From NCBI GenBank assembly GCA_950097015.1, contig CATNEN010000010.1:124001-188000 (forward strand): 64,000 bases of DNA, given 5' to 3'. Below are positions 52,001 to 64,000 of the stretch, one piece after another. The DNA is from Macrostomum hystrix. Lineage: Eukaryota; Animalia; Platyhelminthes. Position 1 is the first letter of the stretch. Each line of letters begins with the position of its first letter. Both the position numbers and the translations under genes were made by a program. The notes under the pieces were generated by a model. It saw only the letters and a program-made list of their open reading frames with translations, was not told the DNA's origin and did not search any database.

Positions 52001-55000
52001 GATTTGGATTGTCCCTGCCGGAGTTACAGGACGTACTCAGTCTGGACAATTCAGTCGCAATCGACTCCGGCTTTGATGCCAAGCACTCGAACTTCTACCG
52101 CGTTCCTATGGGAATAATCACAGCCTTTCTTGACGATATTGAGCACTACCTTATGAGCGTGCAGCTGGACGATCGTCTGGTGTACACCTGGGCGCACGAT
52201 GTTTTGCGCTCGGCAGCGACAGACTACTACCAGCTTAACAAAGAGTTCGGCGTTCAAGTCAGCCAGCAACTTGCAGAGTACTGGAGTGGTCGCTGGGCCG
52301 GGGCAAAAGCCAAGCCTCTGTTTGAGAAGACACAGACGGATGGAGATGAGTCCAAGAGTGTAAACGTGGACCGAGTGGCCCTCTACCAGTCCTTCATGTG
52401 GAGTGGTCGCGAGTTCTCAGTGAGCAACTCCAGAAAGCTCAGTGAGCTGACATACAGCCTACTGAAGGGAGAAAAAGTCTCTGACCTGTATCGCTCTTGC
52501 TTATTTAACTTTGACTACCTGTACGCCAAACTCAACACATCTAGCGTCAACGACCTCATCTCTGAATTCTACTTTCTGCGCCAGAACTACGAGGTTCGAG
52601 CGAACCAGGAGCTGGAGGTGCTTATCTCACTGTTGCGCTTGCTTGCTCCAATAATCGAGAAGGACCTCAGCCTCATGGGCGTCGAACTTGCAGGCCGACT
52701 CTGCCACCTAGCAGGATCGCAAGTTCTCATCACGGCTCTCCTGCAACAGATCGACAGCTTAGGAATTCGAGTTAATTGTCTGTGCCCGGTAGTGCCTTCA
52801 TTTCCGCCAGTGGAGATGGATGAAACAAAGGTGCCTCTGCCAGGACCCGCGAGCGCTGCAATTCACTGCGCCCTGTCGCCTGACAACCGCTTCCTGGCCA
52901 CTCTGATAATTATTAACGGGGAGCTCTTCCTCTATGTTTGGGACGCCAAGTCCGCCACAAAGTCGCAGATTCTGAATCTTGGAGAGCACGATGGCAGCAG
53001 GTTTCTGGACATAACCTACATGCCCCAGACTGACGAGCAGATGCTGATTCACTACAAGAAACGCGTCGCCGACAGAGACGTGTGCGGCTATCTGTTCCTA
53101 AATTTAAGCACCGCTACATTCGACAACAAGTTGGAGTTCAGAGCCTCAGAGAGGCCTCAGATTGTTTATCTGACGAAGAGCTATGTACTTCTGCGCGTTG
53201 ACGGCAAGGTACGCGTCTATCAGCACTCGAATGCGTCGCCTGCGCTGGAGTTCAAGAACTTTCACTGGCCCTTCTTGATCACACCAAACGATAAGTACAT
53301 TATTGCCCCAAAGGCTTGGAAGGCCGACTCTGGAAAAATCGAGACAAATCTGCGAATGCTTAACACCACAACAGGAGACCAATTGTGCGCCCTTTCATGC
53401 CACCTCTATGCCACCTGCCTGCTGTCTAACACGCGCACAGAGTTCGTCTTCGTTGGATGTAAGAATCTTGGACTCGTCCTGCGCTACGATATTGCACAAG
53501 CCATAAAACGGGACATCAAGAAGCTGACACCATCAGTTGAGCTCAGCTTGGAGAAGCAAGAAAATCTTGGTGCTGAGTTCAAGGCCCTCTTCCTGAAGTA
53601 CAAGCCTCAGACTTCTGTGACCAACATGATGTTGTCCATCGACGAGAAGTATCTCATCGTTGAGTATAACGTCAATGACATTCGTACAGTCGAGACAATC
53701 TGGTCGGTTGGACAGAAGACAGTTCAGGCTGTATTACCCAGCGTGCCAAATGCCGTGACGAGATTCTCCGTTGATGGCGCTCACGTTTATCAGTTTGTTC
53801 TTCACAGCGAGACCGACACAAAAATCCGCTTATTCAACTGCAGCTCAGGAGAGCTAGTACAGCAGGTCAGCGTTGGTAATCGTATTGAAGACGCGTACGT
53901 AATAAAGGAGCGATTGACGCTTCTTGTCACACCAACACAGGTGACACTAAGCAGTCTTAAGTCCTCTAATGATCGCCCTGGTCAGGCGGATGCGCAAGTG
54001 GCGTACTACGGAACTGCACTCAGGAGCCCCTATTACCATACTGACTTGAACATCTTGTACGACAACAACCCAGATCTATGCGACTTCACATTTCTCAATT
54101 TGGACAATGGCAGTTTCCTCACGTACGACATGACGCACAAATCTCAAGTAATAGGAAGCTTTCCAGTGCAGCGGAAGATAACACCTGATGGCGAAAAGTT
54201 GCTGCTTATCTTTGAAGCCAAAAAGCCGAAGCGAAAATCGGTAGCAGACGACTCCGCGGGCATGTCTGATTCCAGGCGAGCTGCTGTGGCGAGTGAACGG
54301 GGAGCAAAGCTTCGCAAACCGGAGCTGCCAGACAGGAACTATTTCACAGGTGGTCTCTACATCGAGGCTACGCCAACAGTAGGCCCGGCAGCAAAATCGC
54401 GACCTGAACATGGAGATCCATACGGTCAGAAGGTGATCAGAGTGCACGACACAGACACAGGTCAGCTGGTTAGCCAAATTTCCATCACTGGTGAGCTCGT
54501 GAGCCACGTCACCAGCCGTTTGCTTCTCACCTTGAAACCGGACCATGCTAGTAGGACGCGAGAGTCACCAGAAGCAAATGATATTCTGAGCGCTTACGAT
54601 CTTCCGACTGGTCAGTTCCTACGACAAACATATCTTGAGCACAGGATCATCGCCTCCAAACTCGTTGATTCAAATAGCCGACTAGTGATTTGCTGCGGCA
54701 GAAACGGTCGCCTTGTGAAGGCTTTGGGAGGCCAGCTGTTCGAGCGAGTTCAGCATGAGGTTGATGTGGCAAGTTTGTTGAAAGGAATCGATGAATACGC
54801 CAGGATTCCGCTGGTCAAGGACATGCTAGTTCCAGACGAAAGCCCTAACACTGTTCTGATCCAATTCGTCATCAAGGAGAATGAGATCCAGTACGCTAAG
54901 GTGGACATTCAGAAAGCCAGCGTCATTTCCTCCTTCTCCACACAGGACTACATCAAAGACATCACCAGAGACGGCAAGTTCGGAATCGATAAGGGACTTC

Positions 55001-55596
55001 GTGTGTATGATACTAGTCGAGGAGAAGCACTAAAGCAGCTCAACCTGTCCCCTGGAACTGAAGCTGGCCAACTGGACACTATTCCTCGTTTCATTGGCGA
55101 CGGTTCACTCATCGTTGTACTTGACAAGGCACAGAACGAGCTGAGCATCCTACGCAATGATCAGGTGGCTAACGGAGCAGTCCTCGGCAGGTCTATTCTG
55201 CACCGACTTCGCAAGAAGACGCAGATCCAGTCTGCTTCGGCCGAGGAAGAGCTGGAAGAATACTTCCAGCTTGTTGTAGGCCACACCGGAAAGGTGGCTC
55301 TCGTATACACAGAGACTGAGTTCAAGGTGTTTGTTATACGTGACGAACACATGCGAGGTAAACGACTGGCTGAGCAAGCTTACCACAGCATCTCGGACCG
55401 ATGCCGCCACCTAATGGGGTTGAAGCGGCACAACTCCCTGGACAACCTGTTCGCCAAGCGGACATCAGCTGGCCCGGCCGAAGCCGCCGTGGAGAAGGAG
55501 GCCGAAGCCATCAAGAGGCCGAAGAAGGGCCGCTCGCCCAAGGTCGGCTCGTCGCACAAGAGCCCAGTGGAGAAGTCCACACCAACTCGAAAGTAA
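49030..55596 (+). CDS. NWD1/NWD2-like STAND NTPase (DUF4062-like N-terminus, NACHT-type P-loop, helical domain, degenerate WD40 region); exons 49030..49087, 49258..49346, 49437..49550, 49657..49933, 50720..55596; ~1804 aa
   Basis: N-terminal exons EVRIFLF...EKSILHNVVTPQLRKFC...CFETSDGP...LIGEKLG join in phase; Walker A GDHGSGKT, Walker B LLIVLDDID, FGLSLPELQDVLSLD, YTWAHD, NSRKLSELTYSL, FNFDYLYAKL. Confidence 0.85.
50421..50670. repeat. 16-bp minisatellite (GAATTTAGCATGTTTA), ~15 copies, in NWD-like intron 4
   Basis: Visible; ends ~50 bp before the acceptor at 50718-50719. Confidence 0.93.
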
Positions 55597-57292
55597 TTGT
55601 TGCTGATTGAGAAAAACTACTGAAGCCCACTGACTATGGAAACAGAAATTCGCTGCTTCTCTCTGATAATAATTTGCTATGCTGATACGAGCTGGCAAAC
55701 AGAATTTAATATTACTTTGTTTTTATTGATATTGGCATCTAAAAATAGAGGCCCTATAAGGGGACTGCCAAAACTTGTTTTGTAAACAAAATTCAAAATT
55801 CCATGTGAATTATAGGGGACTAATAAGGCCAATTGTATAACCGACCGTTCTAAGAAATAAATATTCCGCTTTTGCTATTCATGTCGAATCATTTAATGTT
55901 TACACTCTTATAATCAAACTCTCGTGCTTAATAAATATTTTACTGAGCATCTGATAAAGCGAATTAAGCTAAGGGCCTCTGTCTTCTAGTTTACACACGC
56001 ACAAATCAATCTGCAAATTTCATGCTTATGAAATGCACTTGTGTGCGCATGGAAACCATCTGCAAAAAATTAATACAGTTTAGTTAAATTCTTTTCACGA
56101 TATTACGAGTACAAAACATTCTGCATTTGGACATTCGGAAATTTTAGTATTATATTGCAGTGGTAATTGTATTACATCACCCTGGCATTGATCAAAAACG
56201 AATAAAAGGATTCCTTTTTATTGATCAAGCTTAGCTAGCAAAAAACCTTTGCACAGGGCCCGTGGAAAACCTTTAAATTTCCTTAAATTAGACCCGCGAC
56301 TGACTTCAACCTATAGTAATTAATCAACTTTTAATGCAGATTTCCCCTTTAAAAGCGGACTCTATTTACCAGAGTAATCTTCGTAGTTCTTTGATAAATG
56401 TGCCGACGTGTATATATGTACTGCGTCTACTAAGCTGTACGTGGTTCTGTCAATTATCGACAGATAATTGTATGATGCGATCGTATAGGCAGTTGTTGGG
56501 AATGACTGAAAAACTGTTTGGGAATTGAAACTGCTGCACCTCGAAATTGGCAGAATTAAGTAAATTAAGAAATAAAGTAAATTTCCAGAATTTGTAAAAC
56601 TAGTCGGTTTTAAAAGGCAAAGTTTAAATTACGGTTAGTAAACTGGTTTTTATGCATGGATAATTTACAGTGTGGACTCTCCTTTGTAACTTAACAAATA
56701 TGCCCTACCAGTCACGGGTTCCAGACTATTGTTGGCCAGAAATGATATTTCTAGCATGCAGCCCCATGCAGATTAGTATCTGTGCATGCAGCTAGCATTC
56801 ATCTAGATAAATTATGCATCAGGTTTCGTGAGACTTAAGTAACTCTTTGAATGTATGAGTCGGTCTCGAGCCGCGTTGGTGTAGGGCCGGCTACGCACAG
56901 TTATTTTAAGCTACTCGAACGCACCCGAAGTGTTTAGCTTTCTGGACATGCCCCTGAATAGATTAAATCAGATAGTTTTTTGTTTTGTTTTTGTTTTTTT
57001 GCTAGCCTTTTTACGGGTATCAAGACTTTGTGGTAAAGTCTTTACGCAATTTTTGTTTTATGAATTAATTGTTTTTTAAATTATCCAGATTTCTAAGAAC
57101 GAATCGATAATGAAACATCAGACAGTTACCTCCATCCATCCTCTAGCCGCTGCCTAGTAATTTTATGAAAGTAAGAATTATTATGACCATCTCGATTCAA
57201 TTGATTTACTGATCGGTTTGGTCTAAAGTGATATTATTTAAAGAGATTTAGCCATAAGAATTTAGTCATGACAATCCGTTTACTTCTTTAAA

Positions 57293-57958
57293 GGAAGTGC
57301 TTATTCCCACGGTCCCGTGCCGATAATTTCAATTTTATCCACACAGATCCGTGCCGATAATTTTCTTATCCACACGGCAGCTTGTATGAATAGGTCTACT
57401 TTCAAGTCCCTACCTATTCTTCTCTGAGGCTTTTGCTTCCGAGTATAGTGTATAGTGTACACTATCAATGTATAGTGTAAAAGAATAACAATGATTTATA
57501 ATATGTATGACGAGTTTGGTGCTGACTAGAATTCTACTGGTTGACTCGTATGATTTTCTTAGATAGACTTCTTACTTTTTTAAGTCAATACAATTTGAAT
57601 GAAAACACGTAACGATGACAAAAGATTTAGTAAGTTGTTATTACAATAATTAAAAAGGATGACATTAATGTCGGTTAATGAATGTGTATGTCGAATGTAG
57701 AACACTGTCGTAACACACTGTCAACTTTGTCAATCTATTGGCTCGAGGGTTCAACAAAACGTTCAAACCCGAAAGGGCCTTGTTTTAAAGAACAGAACCG
57801 TGTGGATAAAATTGAAAGTAACGGTACAGCATATTTATATAAAGAGTTTTAGACCTATTCATACAAGCTGCCATGTGGATAAGCAGAAAATTATTGGCAC
57901 GGATCCGTGTGGATAAAATTGAAATTATTGGCACGGGACTGTGGGAATAAGCTCTGCC
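57293..57958. mobile_element. Second copy of the Mutator-type MITE, 666 bp, 9-bp TSD TTCTTTAAA
   Basis: Same ends and interior as 17225-18011; TSD at 57284-57292 and 57959-57967. Confidence 0.93.
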
Positions 57959-60284
57959 TTCTTTAAAAGTTCCAGAATAATGTCGTAAACTTTAAGTTTT
58001 GAAGGGAATCAGATCTTCAAGGACCACTGTAGTATAACTACAGTGTAGTATAACTATTTATTTATTAATTAAATATTTATTTACAATCTACTATTTATTT
58101 ATTAAATAAATAAATATTTTAAGAGGCAATATATTAAGATATATATATATAAACGAAGACATAGTTGTTCCTTGATCCAGGCATTGGTCTGTCGGCAACC
58201 TAAAATTATATATAGATAGCATATAGATCAATTGCCCTTTTAGTTAGATAGGTTAGCTTTTAGTTTCCTAATTTGCCAGGGACTCAGCTAACTCAACAAT
58301 GGATTTATATGATAAACATTTCTAAGAAACGATGCCTACATGAATTTTACCACCACTTTGACATCAGTGGTTGACAGCAAAGTCACTATTAACCGGTTAA
58401 CCGGACAAATAATCAAACGGCTATTTGTCCGGTTAACCGGACAAATAACAAACTACCAAAAATAATAGCTTATCTCAATCTGCTCTTAAATATAAAAATG
58501 TACTAACATATTAAAGGTATAGGAACAAGATGTAGACAAAGACATGTACACACACATGTGTGTTTTTGTTTTCTTGTGCTCTAGTCCCTACTAAAAGTTA
58601 TGCCCCCTAACACACTAAAGTGTGGAATATGTGTCTTTCATGCAAATGGATGCAATTTTATTTTAAGCCATTGCTTTAGTTTATAGTTATCTAATTTAGT
58701 GCCCCAGTTTATAGCTAATGTTTAACTTTAGGCAAGTAGTTATGATATTAAAAAGTTGTTATTCAAAACAATTATTGAATCTAGGATAATGCCTTAGACA
58801 AAGTTACATAAAAATGAATGAAAAAATACTTAGTGCCAAATAAACTAGTTTGTTCTTCGTTCTTTCTTTTTTCCTCTTCATTCTTTGTTCCTTGTTTGTT
58901 CTTCTTGTTTGTTCTGTTCTTTGATCTTGTGCTGTGCTTCTTCAGCAATAAGTATTTTGTTCATTTATTTTTCAATTAAACAAAAAATATCTTGATTTGT
59001 TAATTTTTTGCTAAAATGCTAAGTCTTTATGCACCAAAATGATATTTGATTGCTTCCTTGGGACATTGGATGCCTTATTTGAGAGCTACATCCAGGAGTT
59101 TGTGTTCCACATGAATGGGAATGACAATTTAGGGGCTTAAAACATATTCTAGTGGATTCACTATTATTACAGTTAATGTGGGGCTGACTAATTGACTACT
59201 AACAACTTTATTGCATAGGAAATGTAGTATTTTAAATTACAAACCAGTTAGGCTGCTTTAGTTTGGAAACACTAAATGCACACAAAAAATTATTTTTGGC
59301 CTAACAATAAAACTGAACTAGTTTATTGTACACAAAAGCACTGACAGCCCTGAAGCCTCCTCTCTTTATAAGCACCTCAAATTAATTTGGCCTTGCCATG
59401 GGTTTAAGCTTAGAGGTACCTTTAGTACAAGAGTAAAAATATACAATAACTACACTGCCACCCTTATAAAGGTATAGTAATATAATATTATTTCTTGTTC
59501 TCCTTTCTTAATCTATCTAGAATGTCTACTATAATGTCTACTACATTAAGTATAAAAAAGGGAGTTAACTATTTATTTAGAGTTACATGGCTTTTGATTT
59601 GACCAAACCTGTAACTTGGATTAATCTTTATTTAGTTGCAATAGAGTAATACTTTATAGTATAGCTTTGTTTCAAAATTGATATAAAATAAATCACATCA
59701 TGGTCACTAAACCAAAAAGTACCTTTACTCAAGCATAGACATGAAAAAACACTTTGTGGTGGAAAATTGTATCACACAGTGTTTTGATTTGTCAGCTTAG
59801 GCATACACTTTTCTCTTCTTGTGCCTTGTCTCCCTTTGTCTTGCATCAGGAGTTGCACAAAGGTTCAGCAAGCAATAACTGGCTATGAGCTTGGTATCAT
59901 TTTAGTTCTCTGAGAACTAGAACCTGAAAACGTGGTGACTACTGTATATCGTATTGGGTCTTCAGAAAATGTGTGCCTTGCACTTCAAGCCATGTTAATT
60001 GGCTGCTAAGATAATGGGCCGAGTTGCAGAGTTAGGTCAAGCAGAAACCCGCTGCTCAATCTGAGGCTCAGCTGATAACAGTGCTGAGCGCGCTCTCATT
60101 TAGACAGAAAGGCAATTGTAAAAATGCAAAGCACCACTCCAACTCTTTGCATTTGATTTTTCAGACCGAAGAGTCGCCAGAGAGAAAGAGCCAGTCCTAC
60201 AGTGATCGAGGCTCAGCAGTGAAAGTTGAAGCTTAGGTCTCTGTCTGCCATATTTCTATTAATTTGCTCATTGAAACTGCGCTA

Positions 60285-63200
60285 ATGGCACCCAACGCGT
60301 CCAGACTTGTCCTGTCCTGCGTGGCCTTTGCCCGCTCGCATCAGCGCGGCGTGGCCGTGACTGCAGGTGCTCTGCTCATGTCGCTGCACCTGCGCAAACT
60401 GCTCCACTTGCTGCGACGGAGAAAACGCGTCGGCGGAGGCTCCGGCGGCGGTGGAAGCGGTGACGGCAGCCAAGCAGATGAGGCGTCGAAGGCGGCCGTG
60501 GACATGGCCTTCTTGCGCTCTTTAGTCCGTCTGGTGCGCATCTGCGTGCCGTCAGTGTTCAGCAAGGAGTTCGCCATCCTGCTGCTGCACACGGCCTCCC
60601 TGGTCACCAGGACGTTTCTGTCCGTCTACGTTGCCAAGCTGGACGGCCGTATTGTCAAGGCAATCGTTCAGCGCAACGTGCTCAGCTTCGTGCTGCAGAT
60701 CGCCAAGTGGCTGCTGCTAGCCCTGCCAGCTACTTTTGTCAACTCGCTCATTCGATTCCTGGAAAGCCAACTGGCCCTGGCCCTGAGGACCCGGCTGGCT
60801 ATGCACTGCTACCATGAGTACTTCAGGGACCAGACTTACTACAAGGTGAGTTTAATGAAGGACAGGGTTTGCGGCCTACTCAAAGCCTCAGAGGACCGGG
60901 AAGGGTTGCGGCCTACTCAGATTACAGGGATCTCCCTGTAATCTCCCTGTACAGGGATTTCCCGATTTTGATCCCTGATTCTCCCTGAAGAGGTTGTAGC
61001 CTAGTGGTTAGAGCGTCGGACTCACGATTTGAAGGTCGGGGGTTCGATTCCCGACTCCACTGAAACAATTTGTGTCCTTTAGCAAGACACTTAACTCTGC
61101 ATTTCTTCAGTTCACCCAGCTGTTAAATGGGTACCAGCATCAGCTGGGATAATTGAAGGTGGGTGTGGCGTCCCCCCAGTCCATGGACTGAACAGCCGTA
61201 CGCAGCCTTCAGATGCGCCGCGCTGCACATCTGACCCAATTGGGGCAGGTGTAATCATTTATTATTATTATTATTAGATTACAGGGACAGGTTGCGGCCT
61301 ACTGAAAGGACAGAGGAAGGGTTACGGCAAAGTCAAAAGACACGGGCCGGAGAGGGTTATGGCTAGCTGGGGGAAATTCAGAAGGCGTGGTGATGTTAGC
61401 TGCCGTCGCTGCCTTCGCACAGGTGGGCAACCTGGACAGCCGGCTGCAGAACGCTGATCAGTGCCTGACTGAGGACATCTCCCAGTTCACTGGCAGCCTG
61501 GCTCACCTGTACTCCCACCTGACCAAGCCCATCTTGGACGTGGCCATCATGTCTTACACTCTGTACAGCCTAGCCCGCAGCCGCGGCGCCTCCAGCCGTT
61601 TCCCCAGCGTGTTCGCCACGGCGGTGATCCTGTTCACCGGGGAGGTCCTACGCACATTGTCGCCAAAGTTCGGCCGCCTGGTGGCCGAGGAGGCCCGCCG
61701 GAAGGGCCGCCTGCGTTTTGTACACAGCCGCGTGATCGCCTGCGCCGAGGAGATCGCCTTCTACGGCGGTCATCGGCTCGAGCGGCGCGTGCTGGAGGAC
61801 GCCTACCAGTCTCTGGCGCGTCAGTCCAGCCGCATCTTCCGCCAGCGTCTCTGGTACGTCATGCTGGAGCAGTTCCTCATGAAGTACGTCTGGAGCGCGG
61901 CCGGCATGACCATGGTTGCCGTGCCAATCCTTACCGCCACCGGACAGCGGCCGGACGGCACCCTGGTCGACGAGGATCAGGATGGTGGCGTGTCAGAGAG
62001 AACACAGGTGACAATTTGCTTGCCCTTCCCGGATTGCCAATAACTGATCCCTAAATCTCCCGATTCTGATCCCTGAATCTCCTGACTCTGATCCCTGAAT
62101 CTCCCGCTTCTGATCCCTGAGTCTCCTGATTCTGATCCCTGAATCTCCCGATTCTGATCCCTGAATCTCCCGATTCTGATCCTGAGTCTCCTGATTCTGA
62201 TCCCTGAATCTCCCGATTCTGATCCCTGAGTCTCCCGATTCTGATCTCTGAGTCTCCTGATTCTGATCCCTGAATCTCCCGATTCTGATCCCTGAATCTC
62301 CCGATTCTGATCCTGAGTCTCCCGATTCTGATCCCTCGATCTAGTTAGTGTTAGTAATAAAGTATTTTGTATTTCCAATCTTCAAGTCGCAAACGTGTTC
62401 CGATTCAAGTATCAGTGGGCTTGTGGAATTCCCGACTTACAATTTCATGGCGTCCGCCAATGCAAAAAACGGCCTCTCAAAAGCCCCCCACTCTGGCACT
62501 CCCACCTGGTCAGGCTTTCACCACGGCCAGGAACCTGCTGGTCAGCGCGGCCGACGCCATCGAGCGCATCATGACGTCATACAAGGAGGTCACGGAGCTC
62601 TCGGGCTACACTAGCCGGGTGTCCTCTATGCTGAACGTGTTCAACGATGTGCAGCAGGGCAAATACGTGCGACCCGGCATGCGGCCGGCCAGGGGCCAGG
62701 TGACCGAGAGCGTCGACTGCATCGAGCTGCGGGATGTGCCCATCGTGACGCCCAACGGCGACGTGGTGGCCGAGTCCCTCAGCCTGCGGCTGAACCGGGG
62801 CACCCACCTGCTCATCACAGGTGAGGGCCTTATTGGGTCAATGCATTTGTCTGCCTAGACTCCTAGATTCGGCATTTTAGCTGTCTAGTGTGGATTTCTG
62901 AGGAACAAGTAACGACTTTTATTGACTCTGGTAATGGAGTTTTGGACTCTGGTAATGGAGTTTTGGACTCTGGTAATGGAGTGTTGGACTCTGGTAATGG
63001 AGTGTTGGACTCTGGTAATGGAGTGTTGGGCTTTGGTAATGGAGTGTTGGACTTTAGTAATCAAATTCTCCCTTGTCTTCATGTGCCTTGCAGGTCCGAA
63101 CGGGTGCGGCAAGTCGTCGCTGTTCCGGATCCTGTCGGGCCTGTGGCCAGTGTACGGCGGTCACCTGGTCAAGCCGCCGGTGCACACGCTCTATTACATT

Positions 63201-63674
63201 CCCCAGCGGCCCTACCTGAGCGTTGGCGACCTCCGCGAGCAGGTCACTTATCCGGACACGGCCGAGCAGAGGCGGGCGAAAGGCGTGACGGACGGCCAGC
63301 TGCGCGCTGTGCTGGAGGCGGCCCACCTTGGCTACCTGCTGGAGCGCGAAGGCGGCTGGGGCGCGGTGCGCGAGTGGGCGGACGTGCTGAGCGGCGGCGA
63401 GAAGCAGCGACTGGGAATGGCCCGCTTGCTGTATCACCGACCATTATTCGCCCTGCTGGACGAGTGCACCTCGGCCGTCAGCATCGACGTGGAGGCCAAG
63501 ATCTACCAGGCTGCCAAGGACTCCGGAATCACCCTGCTGACCATCACGCACCGTCCTTCGCTGTGGCAGTTTCATGATCAGCTGCTGCGATTCGACGGCG
63601 CCGGCGCCTGGACCCTGGAGCCGATGCCGGCAGCGCCAACGGCCGCCGGACCGCCCGCTGCGGCCGCTGACTGA
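60285..63674 (+). CDS. ABCD: Peroxisomal ABC half-transporter, ABCD1/ABCD2-like; exons 60285..60845, 61423..62007, 62514..62820, 63094..63674; 677 aa
   Basis: [26 protein letters not shown]-like EEIAFYGG, Walker A G|PNGCGKSS, signature LSGGEKQR, Walker [10 protein letters not shown]-loop ITHR; 2034 nt in frame. Confidence 0.95.
60990..61275 (+). mobile_element. Full-length tRNA-derived SINE with CORE/Deu-like central domain and (TTA)n tail, in ABCD intron 1
   Basis: A box TAGCCTAGTGG, B box GTTCGATTC, central GTCCTTTAGCAAGACACTTAACTC...CCCAGCTGTTAAATGGGTACC, TTA tail; 12-bp duplication AGATTACAGGGA at 60919-60930 and 61276-61287. Confidence 0.85.
62044..62338. repeat. ~22-bp minisatellite (CTGATCCCTGAATCTCCCGATT), ~13 copies, ABCD intron 2
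   Basis: Visible; explains ORF 61977..62378(-). Confidence 0.92.
62925..63060. repeat. 21-bp minisatellite (TGGACTCTGGTAATGGAGTGT), ~6 copies, ABCD intron 3
   Basis: Visible; the GNGVLDS and MECWTLV ORF repeats derive from it. Confidence 0.9.
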
Positions 63675-64000
63675 CGGCAACTGACAGGTCAAAGTCGCCA
63701 TAGTTTTATTCAATTGCAGTGACAATTCTTTCTGTGCTTAACCTTGCATTGCCGCCTCTGATTTATGACTTAATTTCAATTCAATTCGTCAGTTCATATG
63801 AGAATTGCGATTGAATTTGCTTGCTAGACAATGTCCAATGCAGTATATTGCTTTGCTGTTGTCTCCACATGGAATTATTTTGGCCAGTAACCTGATTGCA
63901 GTTGTTTACTGTTAAATTATTGCAGATTTACTGTCATGTTCTATTGATTTTCTGAACAGTATCACCGCATTGTTTTGCCTCAATTTAGAATTCCATGCTA

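Noticed and set aside
60990-61062. tRNA gene in ABCD intron 1
   Set aside because: Acceptor stem imperfect; continues into a SINE body with TTA tail and TSD; related copies at 27195 and 1240.

Overview
Eukaryotic (metazoan) genomic DNA, not prokaryotic: spliceosomal introns, GC3-rich exons, AT-rich spacers and minisatellite-filled introns. The style suggests a free-living flatworm such as Macrostomum; that is an inference and cannot be confirmed here. Genes assembled by hand from splice sites and frame continuity: 3' part of BABAM2/BRE (+), COPS5/CSN5 (+), ribokinase (+), RAB6 (-), KANSL3 (-), a divergent Wee1-like kinase (+), tRNA-Lys(CTT), actin (+) with two CArG boxes, a DUF4476-like gene (-) with a GC-AG intron, an intronless divergent class A GPCR (-), a ~1800 aa NWD1/2-like STAND (NACHT-WD40) gene (+) and an ABCD1/2-like transporter (+). 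Mobile DNA clusters at 17.2-27.3 kb: a Mutator-type MITE with 9-bp TSD (second copy at 57.3 kb); a PHD/FLYWCH Mutator-like element interrupted by a nested CCC...GGG, 2-bp-TSD CMC/EnSpm-like element encoding a DUF4806-like protein; and a decayed Polinton/adintovirus-like fragment (integrase plus parvovirus-type PLA2). A deleted Ty3/gypsy element, tRNA-derived SINEs and at least 13 unrelated tandem arrays are also present. No CRISPR array and no rRNA. Family assignments come from recalled motifs, not database searches.
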